This document shows positions 48,105-57,549 of a stretch of 64,000 bases of DNA, one piece after another. Made by a program: the position numbers and the translations under genes. The notes under the pieces were generated by a model, which had not been told where the DNA came from, did not search any database, and saw only the letters and a list, made by a program, of their open reading frames with translations. This DNA is from an uncultured Gammaproteobacteria bacterium. GTDB lineage: Bacteria > Patescibacteriota > Microgenomatia > Levybacterales > UBA12049. Location of the stretch: NCBI GenBank assembly GCA_964503265.1, contig CAZCYO010000002.1, positions 130,604-194,603 on the forward strand. Reading direction: 5' to 3'. The stretch's first letter is position 1. Each line of letters opens with the position of its first letter.

Positions 48105-49856
48105 ATGTGGCAACAACTCGCAAATCCATTACATAACATCACACTCTCAGCAGTAGTTGCAGTCATCCCGATACTCTTTCTCTTTATTCTCCTCATTAGC
48201 CGCAAAGTTCCTGGCTACATCGCCACGATATGTACACTCATCGTGGCGCTTATCATCGCAACCACAATCTATACTATGCCTGTTAGCCTGGCACTGATGG
48301 CTGCGCTTTATGGGATACTCAACGGCTTATTCCCAATAGGTTGGATCGTCCTTAATGCTGTATTTCTCTATAACATCAGTGTTAAAAGTGGCGGGTTTGC
48401 CATCGTTCGAGATAGTATCGAATCTGTGACTGCGGATCGACGTCTTCAGGCGTTGTTAATCGCGTTTTGTTTTGGAGCATTTCTTGAGGGTTCGGCAGGA
48501 TTTGGGGCACCCGTCGCGATCACTGCTGGAATGCTGGTGGGACTTGGATTTGTACCATTATATGCTGCTGGAATTTGTCTAATCGCCAATACCGCACCTG
48601 TCGCGTTCGGAGGTGTCGGAATCGCAGTGATTACGGCCGGACATTTGACAAATATCGATCCAGCTATCCTCAGTCGTATGATCGGTCATCAGCTTCCGTT
48701 TATCGCATTTATCATCCCCTTTTGGCTTGTCATTATCATCGCAGGGTGGAAAGATACGAAAGCTATCTGGCCTGCAATTCTCGTCACCAGTACATCATAT
48801 GCACTAACGATGTTTCTCACAGCGAGTTACCTCGGACCGACACTTCCTGATGTTCTTTCCGCTATCGTCTCAATCATTTGTTTGATTGGTTTTCTCAGAA
48901 TTTGGCACCCCAAAGAAATCTGGCGTTTTCCGAAAGAACGATCCGAAGCACTTATGCATCCTGTGAGACATATGCATAGTCGAACAGAACTCGTTAGGGC
49001 GTGGACTCCATTTCTGTTACTTATTATTTTTATCGGTAATTGGGGAAGTTCAGGCATCCAGCAGATACTCAGTAAGGTAACACTTCATATTCCTTTTGGA
49101 GTTCTTAACCATGCGGTTGTCGCAAATGGGAACATACTCACTGTTAACTATTCCTTTGCATGGCTTGGAGCAGCAGGGACAGCGATTCTGTTAGCGACAA
49201 TCGTAACCGCACTTCTTCTCAGACTTCCCGCTCGTATATTCTGGCAAGTAGCTAGCCAAACCGTCACAGAACTCTACAAACCCCTCATCACAATTGGCTC
49301 GATCGTTGGATTCGCATATGTCGCTAATTATTCTGGCATGTCCACTACGATCGGAAACGCACTTACCATAACAGGACACTTTTTCCCGTTACTTTCTCCC
49401 CTTCTCGGCTGGCTTGGTGTATTCATCACTGGCAGTGATACCTCTTCAAACGCGCTTTTTAGTAATATTCAGTCCCAAACAGCCCAGTCACTCGGAATTA
49501 GTCCGGTCCTAAGTGTCGCAGCGAATAGTAGCGGTGGGGTCGCAGCGAAAATGATCTCTCCCCAAAGCATCGCAGTAGCCACTGCGTCGACCAAACTAAG
49601 CGGACAAGAAGGAACATTATTTAGATTTACGATCCTTCACAGTCTCGGCCTGATTGGAATCATTTGTATCCTCACCTATATCCAGGCTTACTACGCGACA
49701 TGGATGATCCCAAGTATCGTAAGTACAAATATCACAAACGCAGCATCAAGTGTATCAATCGGAGAGATATGCATTATCGGTGTTTCACTATCAGTACTAG
49801 TAGCATTTGCGGTGGGGTCATTTCGATATACGGAAGATACACATCCTGCGGAGTGA
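48105..49856 (+). CDS. lctP: L-lactate permease (LctP family)
   Basis: 583 aa; conserved N-terminal and central LctP regions (...GAFLEGSAGFGAPVAITAGMLVGLGF...). Confidence 0.8.
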   Translation: MWQQLANPLHNITLSAVVAVIPILFLFILLISRKVPGYIATICTLIVALIIATTIYTMPVSLALMAALYGILNGLFPIGWIVLNAVFLYNISVKSGGFAIVRDSIESVTADRRLQALLIAFCFGAFLEGSAGFGAPVAITAGMLVGLGFVPLYAAGICLIANTAPVAFGGVGIAVITAGHLTNIDPAILSRMIGHQLPFIAFIIPFWLVIIIAGWKDTKAIWPAILVTSTSYALTMFLTASYLGPTLPDVLSAIVSIICLIGFLRIWHPKEIWRFPKERSEALMHPVRHMHSRTELVRAWTPFLLLIIFIGNWGSSGIQQILSKVTLHIPFGVLNHAVVANGNILTVNYSFAWLGAAGTAILLATIVTALLLRLPARIFWQVASQTVTELYKPLITIGSIVGFAYVANYSGMSTTIGNALTITGHFFPLLSPLLGWLGVFITGSDTSSNALFSNIQSQTAQSLGISPVLSVAANSSGGVAAKMISPQSIAVATASTKLSGQEGTLFRFTILHSLGLIGIICILTYIQAYYATWMIPSIVSTNITNAASSVSIGEICIIGVSLSVLVAFAVGSFRYTEDTHPAE

Positions 49857-49865
49857 TACAACCCT

Positions 49866-50087
49866 CTAATTTCTTCCCCAGCTCAGTCGTGCCCAGATTC
49901 GTTCATGGAAATAGTAAAGAAGCGCACTTGCGATATTGGTAAATACCACAAAGCCGATGGTTATGTCATATCGATGGGTTAAGGCGAAGGTAATAATCGC
50001 ATCGGAAATAATCACAATAGTCCGAAACGTCAGTGACTTTACGGCCGATCGTTTTACCTGTTCAACTGAAGATTTTTTTACTGCCAT
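49866..50087 (-). CDS. small membrane protein (DUF2061-like)
   Basis: 73 aa with two TM helices. Confidence 0.4.
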   Translation of the reverse strand: MAVKKSSVEQVKRSAVKSLTFRTIVIISDAIITFALTHRYDITIGFVVFTNIASALLYYFHERIWARLSWGRN

Positions 50088-50222
50088 ATCTTACATACCA
50101 TTTCTCTCTTTTAATGGTAATGAAAATAGCTAACGAATACAATCTCACAAGGCTAATAACAGTACATACTCCCAGTTGTTGGAATGAACATTTCTTGCTA
50201 CGCTTATTGTAGAGTTACCCAT

Positions 50223-51164
50223 ATGAAACTGCTCACATTACTCTTTTTCACCTTCACACTTCCTCTCGTTATTTTCTTAACAGTATTACTGTATGGTCCA
50301 CTCACTCCTGTATCGATAAAGAGTGAATTAAATAATGCAAGTGTATACGAAAAACTGAGTCAAACACTTGCAGATATAAGTTCAAACGATAGTGAAAATA
50401 CTGAACTAGCAGGTATTATTACTTCTCGTTTTACTTCGGAATATATAAAAATTAAAACAGAAGGAGTGATCGATGATACTAGTAACTGGATCACAGGAAA
50501 ATCGACGACTCCACCAATGTTATCTTTTAAAGAACTAAAAGAAGATATTGTAAAAGAAAATCCACAACTTCTAACACAGCTTACCGATATGGCTGACGAG
50601 ATGAAGAATGAATCGGCAGCATATGCTGACTCTTCAGAAAACACAGATGAGACAATGAATCAGCAAGCAGACATGATGAATGTTAGTACGAGTATTTCAC
50701 AGCTTGTAAACAGTGATTTTTCTTTTAACCTCGAGAAAGAACTCAATGGGATAAAAAATGGCTACGCAACTACCCGAATCGTGCATCCAATCCTTATCGT
50801 ACTTCTCTTTGGAAGTATCCTCCTTCTTGGAGTATTATCTTCTTCATGGCCAGCACGCTTACGCTGGATTGGAAGCACACTTATTAGTAGTAGTGTCGTA
50901 GGGTTTGGAATACTATTTGTTGCGACTCATGGGATACTGGCACTAACAACTGCTCTTTCAGACCAATCAAACGAATTTGTGAGATTGTTCTCCCCTATTA
51001 TTCTTCATATAACTACTTCGTTCGTTTCTTCGTACTCGCTCTATGAAAAAAGTGTCAGTATTGTACTGCTCGTGATAGGTATTGCTTGTATTATCGGATC
51101 TACAGTTATCAAACCAACATCTATCCTCCCAGTAAAAGAACTCCCGAAGAAACGATCGAAGTAA
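50223..51164 (+). CDS. hypothetical membrane protein
   Basis: Start placed at MKLLTLLFFTF...; N- and C-terminal TM segments. Confidence 0.4.
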   Translation: MKLLTLLFFTFTLPLVIFLTVLLYGPLTPVSIKSELNNASVYEKLSQTLADISSNDSENTELAGIITSRFTSEYIKIKTEGVIDDTSNWITGKSTTPPMLSFKELKEDIVKENPQLLTQLTDMADEMKNESAAYADSSENTDETMNQQADMMNVSTSISQLVNSDFSFNLEKELNGIKNGYATTRIVHPILIVLLFGSILLLGVLSSSWPARLRWIGSTLISSSVVGFGILFVATHGILALTTALSDQSNEFVRLFSPIILHITTSFVSSYSLYEKSVSIVLLVIGIACIIGSTVIKPTSILPVKELPKKRSK

Positions 51165-51187
51165 TTGAGAAAGTCGATATAAGAAGA

Positions 51188-53062
51188 TTATTCCTCTGAC
51201 TGCTGCACATCAGAATCTGAAGAAGAAGTATCAGAACCATCACTACTTGAATCCATCATGCGTTCATCTCCTGTGTTGTTCGTGTCATCCTGTATTTGTG
51301 TATCTTCCGTTGATTCTTCAGGAGTCGGAGTTGCTTCTTCCTCAAAGTAAAGACTGACATCACCACTGTTCTCTAAATACTCTGGATCCTCATCAGGTCG
51401 AGACTGTAAATTTCCGATTTCATTTTCGACACGATAACTTTCCGCTTCAGCTTCACGAATCATGCCTTCGGCTTCACTGTGTTTAGAATCACAATCGTCT
51501 CCACCCATTTCCAGACACATCGCGTATACCGCCTCATTTAATTCAGATGTTTGTGAGATCATTTCATCGAATTTCTTTTTTAGAGATTCCTGATCGAGCT
51601 CTTCAAAACCGAATGCTTTGAGTAATTCGACTCCGAGAGTAGACATAGCAGCGTTATAGAGAATTTCTTCGTTATCTATCGTCGGTTCAACATCATATGG
51701 GTCATCTATTGGTTCATCATATTTTTCAGTAGAAGTCTTGAGGGTATTTTGAAGCGACTCATAGGTCGGTCCCGATTCAACTCCAAGGGCTTCTAGGCGC
51801 TGTAGCTGCTTGGCAGCATCAACTGCGGTTGAGTTCGGATCCTGTGCTACTTTTGATGCATCTTTGACAGCTACTTCTTTCGCTTTTTCAGTAAGCTGCT
51901 CATCAAGATTTGTATCATCATCAAGCCCAATGAGTTGAACATTTTGCAAAGCAATCATAATAGTTTTAACATCAGAGTTTGGATTCGAAAGTATTTTTTT
52001 CGTATCGTCAGCGATGATGTTTTTTGCTTTACGAAGACAATTCTCACCAATCGAATCATATCCCATTAACTGTGCAGCCTGTGCAAGCCCTAAGTATTCC
52101 TCAACCCCAAGTCCTTCTCTTCGACACGTTGCCTCATAAAATCCCTGACCTGTTTCGTAAGCATATGCTTGTTTAATAAATGAGAATCGAGGATTCTTTA
52201 TTTTTTTCTGCAGAACAAGTGCTGCATAGAGTTCAAGCGCAGGTGGTTGTTTTTTAGATAGAATTTTTGTAACAGCGTTCTTCGCCTTCGTCAGCTCATC
52301 TGGCGAAAGTGATTTATTATTAAATAAGAGACTCGTTGCTGCTTCAATCACAGTAAGTGATGGCATAGATGTTACAGCTAAAGCTTCAGTTGCGATTTGG
52401 GTTTGATTATCACCGTCTAATGAAAACACATACGCTCCACCTGTTAGGATTCGAGCCGGAAGATACGTTTCTGTCTCAAGTCCACGTGCAATCAGAGCTG
52501 GTGTATACGATGTCGCTTTTGCATCAATTTCTAGCACTTGTGCTGTTCCAGTAGACCGAAGTGTCATAGACTTAATATTTTTAGGGGCGTGGTTTCTAAA
52601 TGAACTATCTGTAAGATTAAATGATAACGTTACAGGACGCGAAAAACGTAGTTTTCCTGGACTAAGTAGTACACCTGCAGTAGGTGATGTCGCTTTTTTA
52701 TCATAATAAAACGGAATCATTTTAACGAGGGTTTTTTCATTTAGCGCACCTTTGGGAACTTCAAGTGTGACACGAACGTTCTCCCTGGTTACAATCTGCA
52801 TAACAGTATCACGCGACGGATCGATCGTTAGTTGACGTGCTCTGGCAAAATCAAGATCAGGCTTTATAACAGTGAGTGGTTTCTGAGTCCCGATAAATGG
52901 TAATGCTTTCCAAGGCTTAAAAAAGAATGCTAATCCGATTATGAGACCAAGCACAATAATTCCGAAAAGATATGTAAAACGCGAAAATCCCCGCTCAGAT
53001 GTGACGACTTGTTTTTGTCTTCTTTTATGAACTTTGGCAGATTTTTTTTGAGGCATAGTCAA
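51188..53062 (-). CDS. large hypothetical membrane-anchored protein with acidic Ser/Asp-rich C-terminal tail
   Basis: Basic N-terminal tail, one TM helix, ~550-aa ectodomain, ending ...DSSSDGSDTSSSDSDVQQSEE. Confidence 0.4.
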   Translation of the reverse strand: MTMPQKKSAKVHKRRQKQVVTSERGFSRFTYLFGIIVLGLIIGLAFFFKPWKALPFIGTQKPLTVIKPDLDFARARQLTIDPSRDTVMQIVTRENVRVTLEVPKGALNEKTLVKMIPFYYDKKATSPTAGVLLSPGKLRFSRPVTLSFNLTDSSFRNHAPKNIKSMTLRSTGTAQVLEIDAKATSYTPALIARGLETETYLPARILTGGAYVFSLDGDNQTQIATEALAVTSMPSLTVIEAATSLLFNNKSLSPDELTKAKNAVTKILSKKQPPALELYAALVLQKKIKNPRFSFIKQAYAYETGQGFYEATCRREGLGVEEYLGLAQAAQLMGYDSIGENCLRKAKNIIADDTKKILSNPNSDVKTIMIALQNVQLIGLDDDTNLDEQLTEKAKEVAVKDASKVAQDPNSTAVDAAKQLQRLEALGVESGPTYESLQNTLKTSTEKYDEPIDDPYDVEPTIDNEEILYNAAMSTLGVELLKAFGFEELDQESLKKKFDEMISQTSELNEAVYAMCLEMGGDDCDSKHSEAEGMIREAEAESYRVENEIGNLQSRPDEDPEYLENSGDVSLYFEEEATPTPEESTEDTQIQDDTNNTGDERMMDSSSDGSDTSSSDSDVQQSEE

Positions 53063-53070
53063 AAAAGGTA

Positions 53071-53946
53071 TTAGTAATCGGATGATGTATCACTTACTGG
53101 CTGCTCTGTGGAAGTGTCATCAGATGAAGATTGCTGATATTGCTTCATCATTTCTTGCACATCAGCTGGCATATTCTCTGAATTTCCAGGAGCAGACGGC
53201 TCTCCCTCTTTAACTGGAGATGGAACTGAAATGCTAACTCTGTTATATGAATAGATTGATTCACTTGAACCGTCTTTACTTTCCATAGTCATTTTTCTAA
53301 CAAGATATTCATAATTATCAAACCAAATAAACTGTTTTCCGTCCATCGCTTCTTCACTTAGGATTTCATATTTAAAACAAGTCAAATCACCACATGTTTC
53401 TTTAGTGATAAATGTATATTTCGTTTTATCCTCTGCTTCACCATCTTTTTCATCAAAAGGAACGTTATCTTTCATTTCTTCTTCTGTTGTATTTTTCTCA
53501 TCTAGTTTAAATGTCGTTTTCCACCACTTATTATCGGTATAATCTAACGTATATGTCGTATCTCCAATCGTAATACTATTTGAGTCTTCTTTTCCGTTTT
53601 GTTTAGAAACCATGTGAAATTTATCTGTTCCGGACATTTCTGTCAGTGATTCAATCTTCATTCCAGCGTAAGTAGATGTCGTCGTTGTGGAATAATCTCG
53701 CTGTGTCTGCCAATTATTTAAAAATTTACAGAGATCTGGATCGTTATGCTTACAGTTGGGATTGAGTGCTATTTTCGTCAGTGGGCCAAGCTTCATGCCA
53801 CTATTTAGCACATATACTCCTCCTCCAACGATACCAAGTATGACAACAACAGCAATCAGGAGAAATGTTTTGGAGACCCCTCTTTCTGACTTAGGAAAAG
53901 ATATTCGAGACGCTTTCTTTGTGGGTTTTTTAATAACTTTTTTCAC
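53071..53946 (-). CDS. hypothetical membrane-anchored protein with acidic Ser/Asp-rich C-terminal tail
   Basis: Same architecture as the preceding gene; ends ...SSSDDTSTEQPVSDTSSDY. Confidence 0.4.
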   Translation of the reverse strand: MKKVIKKPTKKASRISFPKSERGVSKTFLLIAVVVILGIVGGGVYVLNSGMKLGPLTKIALNPNCKHNDPDLCKFLNNWQTQRDYSTTTTSTYAGMKIESLTEMSGTDKFHMVSKQNGKEDSNSITIGDTTYTLDYTDNKWWKTTFKLDEKNTTEEEMKDNVPFDEKDGEAEDKTKYTFITKETCGDLTCFKYEILSEEAMDGKQFIWFDNYEYLVRKMTMESKDGSSESIYSYNRVSISVPSPVKEGEPSAPGNSENMPADVQEMMKQYQQSSSDDTSTEQPVSDTSSDY

Positions 53947-54060
53947 CTTAAAAATAGCTTAATCCTATTTCTAATCGTCTGTCAATAGATGAGTTTACCA
54001 TGATGAAAACTGCTTAGTTGCATACTACAGAAATACTCCATATACTGATTAGAGACTATT

Positions 54061-55713
54061 ATGGATCAAGCACTTCTCGACGAACTGAAAACAAACATTA
54101 AAGGCGATGTCGTCACTGATGAAGAAACCCTTATGCTCCATAGTCACGATGCAAGTCTATTTGAAGTAAAACCCCAAGTCGTCGTATTTCCAAAAGACGA
54201 AGAAGATGTCGCTTCCCTCGTCAAATTCGTGTCCGAACATAAAAAAGATAGCGCTACTCTCTCACTCACTGGTAGATCTGCTGGAACAGATATGAGTGGC
54301 GGATCAATTAATGAATCAATCATCGTCGCTTTTCAAAAATACTTTACAAAAATCGGCGAACTCCGTGGTGATGTCGCGACCGTCCAACCTGGTGTCTTCT
54401 ATCGTGACTTTGAAAAAGAAACACTAAAAAGTAATATGATTTTCGCATCGTACCCTGCTTCACGTGAACTCTGCGGCATTGGTGGAATCGTTAATAACAA
54501 TTCAGGTGGTGAAAAATCTCTTGAGTACGGTAAAACAGAAAATTTCGTAAAAAGGGTGAAAGTAGTACTGGCTGATGGGAGTATTTGTGAACTTAAACCA
54601 TTAAACGAGGAAGAATTAAAAAAGAAAATGGAACTGGATACATTTGAAGGGAAACTATATAAGAATATGTATACGCTTATTACGGATAACTATGATGTTA
54701 TTAAAGCAGCCAAACCTCAAGTGACGAAAAATTCTGCTGGATACTTCCTCTGGAATGTGTACGATAAAGAAAAAGGGATCTTTGATCTAACCAAACTCTG
54801 GGTTGGCGCTCAAGGAACGCTTGGCATGTTACTCGAGGCAGATTTGCAGGTAGTTCCAGTTCGTAAACATCACGAAATGGAAGTAATTTTTCTCCACGAT
54901 TTAACCCATTTAGGTGAAATTATTGACGCGGTTCTTCCTCTTGGCCCTGAAAGTTTTGAGAGTTATGATGACAACACACTTAAACTCGCTCTTCGCTATT
55001 TCCCAGAATTTATTAAACAGCTTGGAATTTCGGGCATGATACAGGCAGGACTCGCATTTATGCCAGCATTTATGCAGATGGCGATCGGGAGACTGCCGAA
55101 ACTTATTTTACAAGTCGACTTCGCTGGAGATGATCTAGAAGAACTCAAGAAAAAGATCGAAACCCTCCGCGAAAAACTAAAACCACTTCATCCTCAGACA
55201 CGAATCGCGATTGATGATCAGGAGAAGAAATATTGGTTGGTGCGTCGTGAGAGCTTTAATCTTCTTCGCCATAAAATTCGAGATAAACACACTGCACCAT
55301 TTATTGATGACTTTGTCATTGATCCACACCAAATTGCTGAAGTTATCCCACAAGTAACAGCAGTCCTCAAACGATATCCTGATTTTATTTTTACTGTTGC
55401 AGGACACGTCGGAAATGGAAATTTCCATATTATTCCACTGGTCGATATCACTAAACCAGCAGTGAGAGATGCAATTCCAGTAATTTCTAAAGATGTCTAT
55501 GATATTATCGCGAAGTATAAAGGCTCAATTACTGGTGAGCATAATGATGGACTCGTTCGCTCCCCATTCTTAAAACAAATGTATGGTGAAAAGATTTATT
55601 CACTCTTTGAGGAAACGAAAAAGATCTGGGATCCAGAAAATATTTTTAATCCAGGGAAGAAAGTGAACAGTTCATTTGATTACGCGATGAAACATGTGCG
55701 AACAAACTGGTAA
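54061..55713 (+). CDS. FAD-binding (PCMH-type) oxidoreductase, D-lactate dehydrogenase/GlcD-like
   Basis: FAD-binding domain pattern (...LTGRSAGTDMSGGSINESIIV...) and C-terminal FAD-oxidase domain. Confidence 0.7.
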   Translation: MDQALLDELKTNIKGDVVTDEETLMLHSHDASLFEVKPQVVVFPKDEEDVASLVKFVSEHKKDSATLSLTGRSAGTDMSGGSINESIIVAFQKYFTKIGELRGDVATVQPGVFYRDFEKETLKSNMIFASYPASRELCGIGGIVNNNSGGEKSLEYGKTENFVKRVKVVLADGSICELKPLNEEELKKKMELDTFEGKLYKNMYTLITDNYDVIKAAKPQVTKNSAGYFLWNVYDKEKGIFDLTKLWVGAQGTLGMLLEADLQVVPVRKHHEMEVIFLHDLTHLGEIIDAVLPLGPESFESYDDNTLKLALRYFPEFIKQLGISGMIQAGLAFMPAFMQMAIGRLPKLILQVDFAGDDLEELKKKIETLREKLKPLHPQTRIAIDDQEKKYWLVRRESFNLLRHKIRDKHTAPFIDDFVIDPHQIAEVIPQVTAVLKRYPDFIFTVAGHVGNGNFHIIPLVDITKPAVRDAIPVISKDVYDIIAKYKGSITGEHNDGLVRSPFLKQMYGEKIYSLFEETKKIWDPENIFNPGKKVNSSFDYAMKHVRTNW

Positions 55714-55722
55714 ATAATACTG

Positions 55723-56586
55723 CTATGGGAGGAGACCCGTTAGCAAAAGTAAAATTGAAAAAACGGTGAGACTTTTGAGTGATACAAAAAATGTTTTTTT
55801 CGCCCACTTTTCTGAATCGTTTGTAAAAAAACCTTCTGAACAAATCCACAACCAATATCCATTCATCAGTAGCATAACAATAAAATAAACATATCCTGTT
55901 AGGCCAATAATTGTTAGAAGTAATGTCGTTATAACATAGCCAATCAAATAGATAAATATATGTGTTTTGGTGAGTGCTAGTCCTTTTTTAATTGGAAAAG
56001 TTGGGATTGCTGCGGCTGCATAATCCTTCATTCGATAGATTGCGATCGCATAAAAGTGAGGCATTTGCCAAAATGAAAGAATAAGAAAGAGCACTAATGC
56101 ACCGATATCAAAGCTATTCGTAACTGCTGTGTATCCAGCGACAATCGGCATCGCGCCTGAAACACCACCAATAAGCGTACCATGCACTGAGCGACGTTTG
56201 GAAAAGCCATATAATAATACATAATCAATAAACCCAATGACACCCACAGCGAGTGTTAAAACATTTGTATACGTTATCAGAAGAACAACACCAAAAATCC
56301 CAAGTACTGTGGCAAAAATAAATGCATTTCGTCCACTCACTATACCTGTCACCAATGCGCGCTTCTTGGTCCTCTCCATCTTTGCATCAATCTCACGATC
56401 CATGTAATTATTACAAACACATGCAGCTGCAATAATACACGCAGTACCCAGCATTACAGCAAAAAAAAGGAGTACATCAATGTGCGTTTTTGAAGCGACG
56501 AAGAATCCGGCAGCAGTGGTAAGCAAATTTCCGTAGATTATTCCAGGTTTTGTTAATTGATAATACGTTTTTATGCGGTCAGACAC
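55723..56586 (-). CDS. cyoE: protoheme IX farnesyltransferase (heme O synthase)
   Basis: UbiA-family motifs; terminal gene of the cyo operon. Confidence 0.85.
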   Translation of the reverse strand: MSDRIKTYYQLTKPGIIYGNLLTTAAGFFVASKTHIDVLLFFAVMLGTACIIAAACVCNNYMDREIDAKMERTKKRALVTGIVSGRNAFIFATVLGIFGVVLLITYTNVLTLAVGVIGFIDYVLLYGFSKRRSVHGTLIGGVSGAMPIVAGYTAVTNSFDIGALVLFLILSFWQMPHFYAIAIYRMKDYAAAAIPTFPIKKGLALTKTHIFIYLIGYVITTLLLTIIGLTGYVYFIVMLLMNGYWLWICSEGFFTNDSEKWAKKTFFVSLKSLTVFSILLLLTGLLP

Positions 56587-56963
56587 TAGTGATGAATCCC
56601 TTCGTCGTTAATGATGTGTCTCTCCATGCCAGCTGAGGTCATATTATAATTTAAATGAGTCATTATCCAAATCGATCCAATTACAACGATCAAGATCATG
56701 CCTGTAATATAAAAAAGAAACAGTGCATTAAAATACGGTTTTTCCTCACGACCAAAATGCAAGAAGAAGACGAGTTGTACGACAAGTTGGATCAGTGCCA
56801 ACACGATTAGATATGGAATAAGCAGTTCATGAGGAAAAGACATATGACTGGTATTTGTATGGATAAATACCGGAATAAATGCAGCAAAAGTTAAGACAAG
56901 TGATAAAATAAATCCAATGATATATGATCGTATTACTCCAATTTTCATAGCTTTATAAGGCAC
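56586..56963 (-). CDS. cyoD: cytochrome o ubiquinol oxidase subunit IV
   Basis: ~110-aa three-TM protein, placed between cyoC and cyoE. Confidence 0.6.
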   Translation of the reverse strand: MPYKAMKIGVIRSYIIGFILSLVLTFAAFIPVFIHTNTSHMSFPHELLIPYLIVLALIQLVVQLVFFLHFGREEKPYFNALFLFYITGMILIVVIGSIWIMTHLNYNMTSAGMERHIINDEGIHH

Positions 56964-57549
56964 CTAATAAATAAACAACTGTAAAAATAAATATCCAAAC
57001 AATATCAAGAAAATGCCAGAATAAACTGAGTAGCGTTAGTTTTCTGATAGCACTTTCTGTTACACCTTTGCGCCAAATATAAATAAGCAAAATAAGAATC
57101 CATACTAACCCAGACAAAATATGTACACCATGAGTTCCTACTAACGTAAAAAATGCTGAGAGAAATGCACTTTTCTGTGGAGTATTCCCTTCGTGAATAA
57201 GCGTTGAAAATTCAGAAAGCTCGAGTCCTAAAAATACGACACCGAGTATAAATGTACTTATGAAATAGAGTAACGTTTTTTTCTTGTCTTTCAATCGCAC
57301 ATAGAGCATACCTATTCCACAGGTGAAACTACTCGTTAATAAAATAAGCGTTTCTGTAAGTGCGAGTGGCAGACTAAATAACTTCTCACTTCCCTCTCCT
57401 CCAAATGTATTATTATGGAGTACTGCGTACGCTGCAAAAAATACGGCAAACATTAAAAGATCAGTCAAAATATAGAGCCAAAAACCAAAATATGATTTAT
57501 CATCTGTAGCAGATTCCATACTAATATCGTCTTTTCTACGTTCGATCAT
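56953..57549 (-). CDS. cyoC: cytochrome o ubiquinol oxidase subunit III
   Basis: Five-TM subunit III pattern (...YFGFWLYILTDLLMFAVFFAAY...). Confidence 0.8.
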   Translation of the reverse strand: MIERRKDDISMESATDDKSYFGFWLYILTDLLMFAVFFAAYAVLHNNTFGGEGSEKLFSLPLALTETLILLTSSFTCGIGMLYVRLKDKKKTLLYFISTFILGVVFLGLELSEFSTLIHEGNTPQKSAFLSAFFTLVGTHGVHILSGLVWILILLIYIWRKGVTESAIRKLTLLSLFWHFLDIVWIFIFTVVYLLGAL

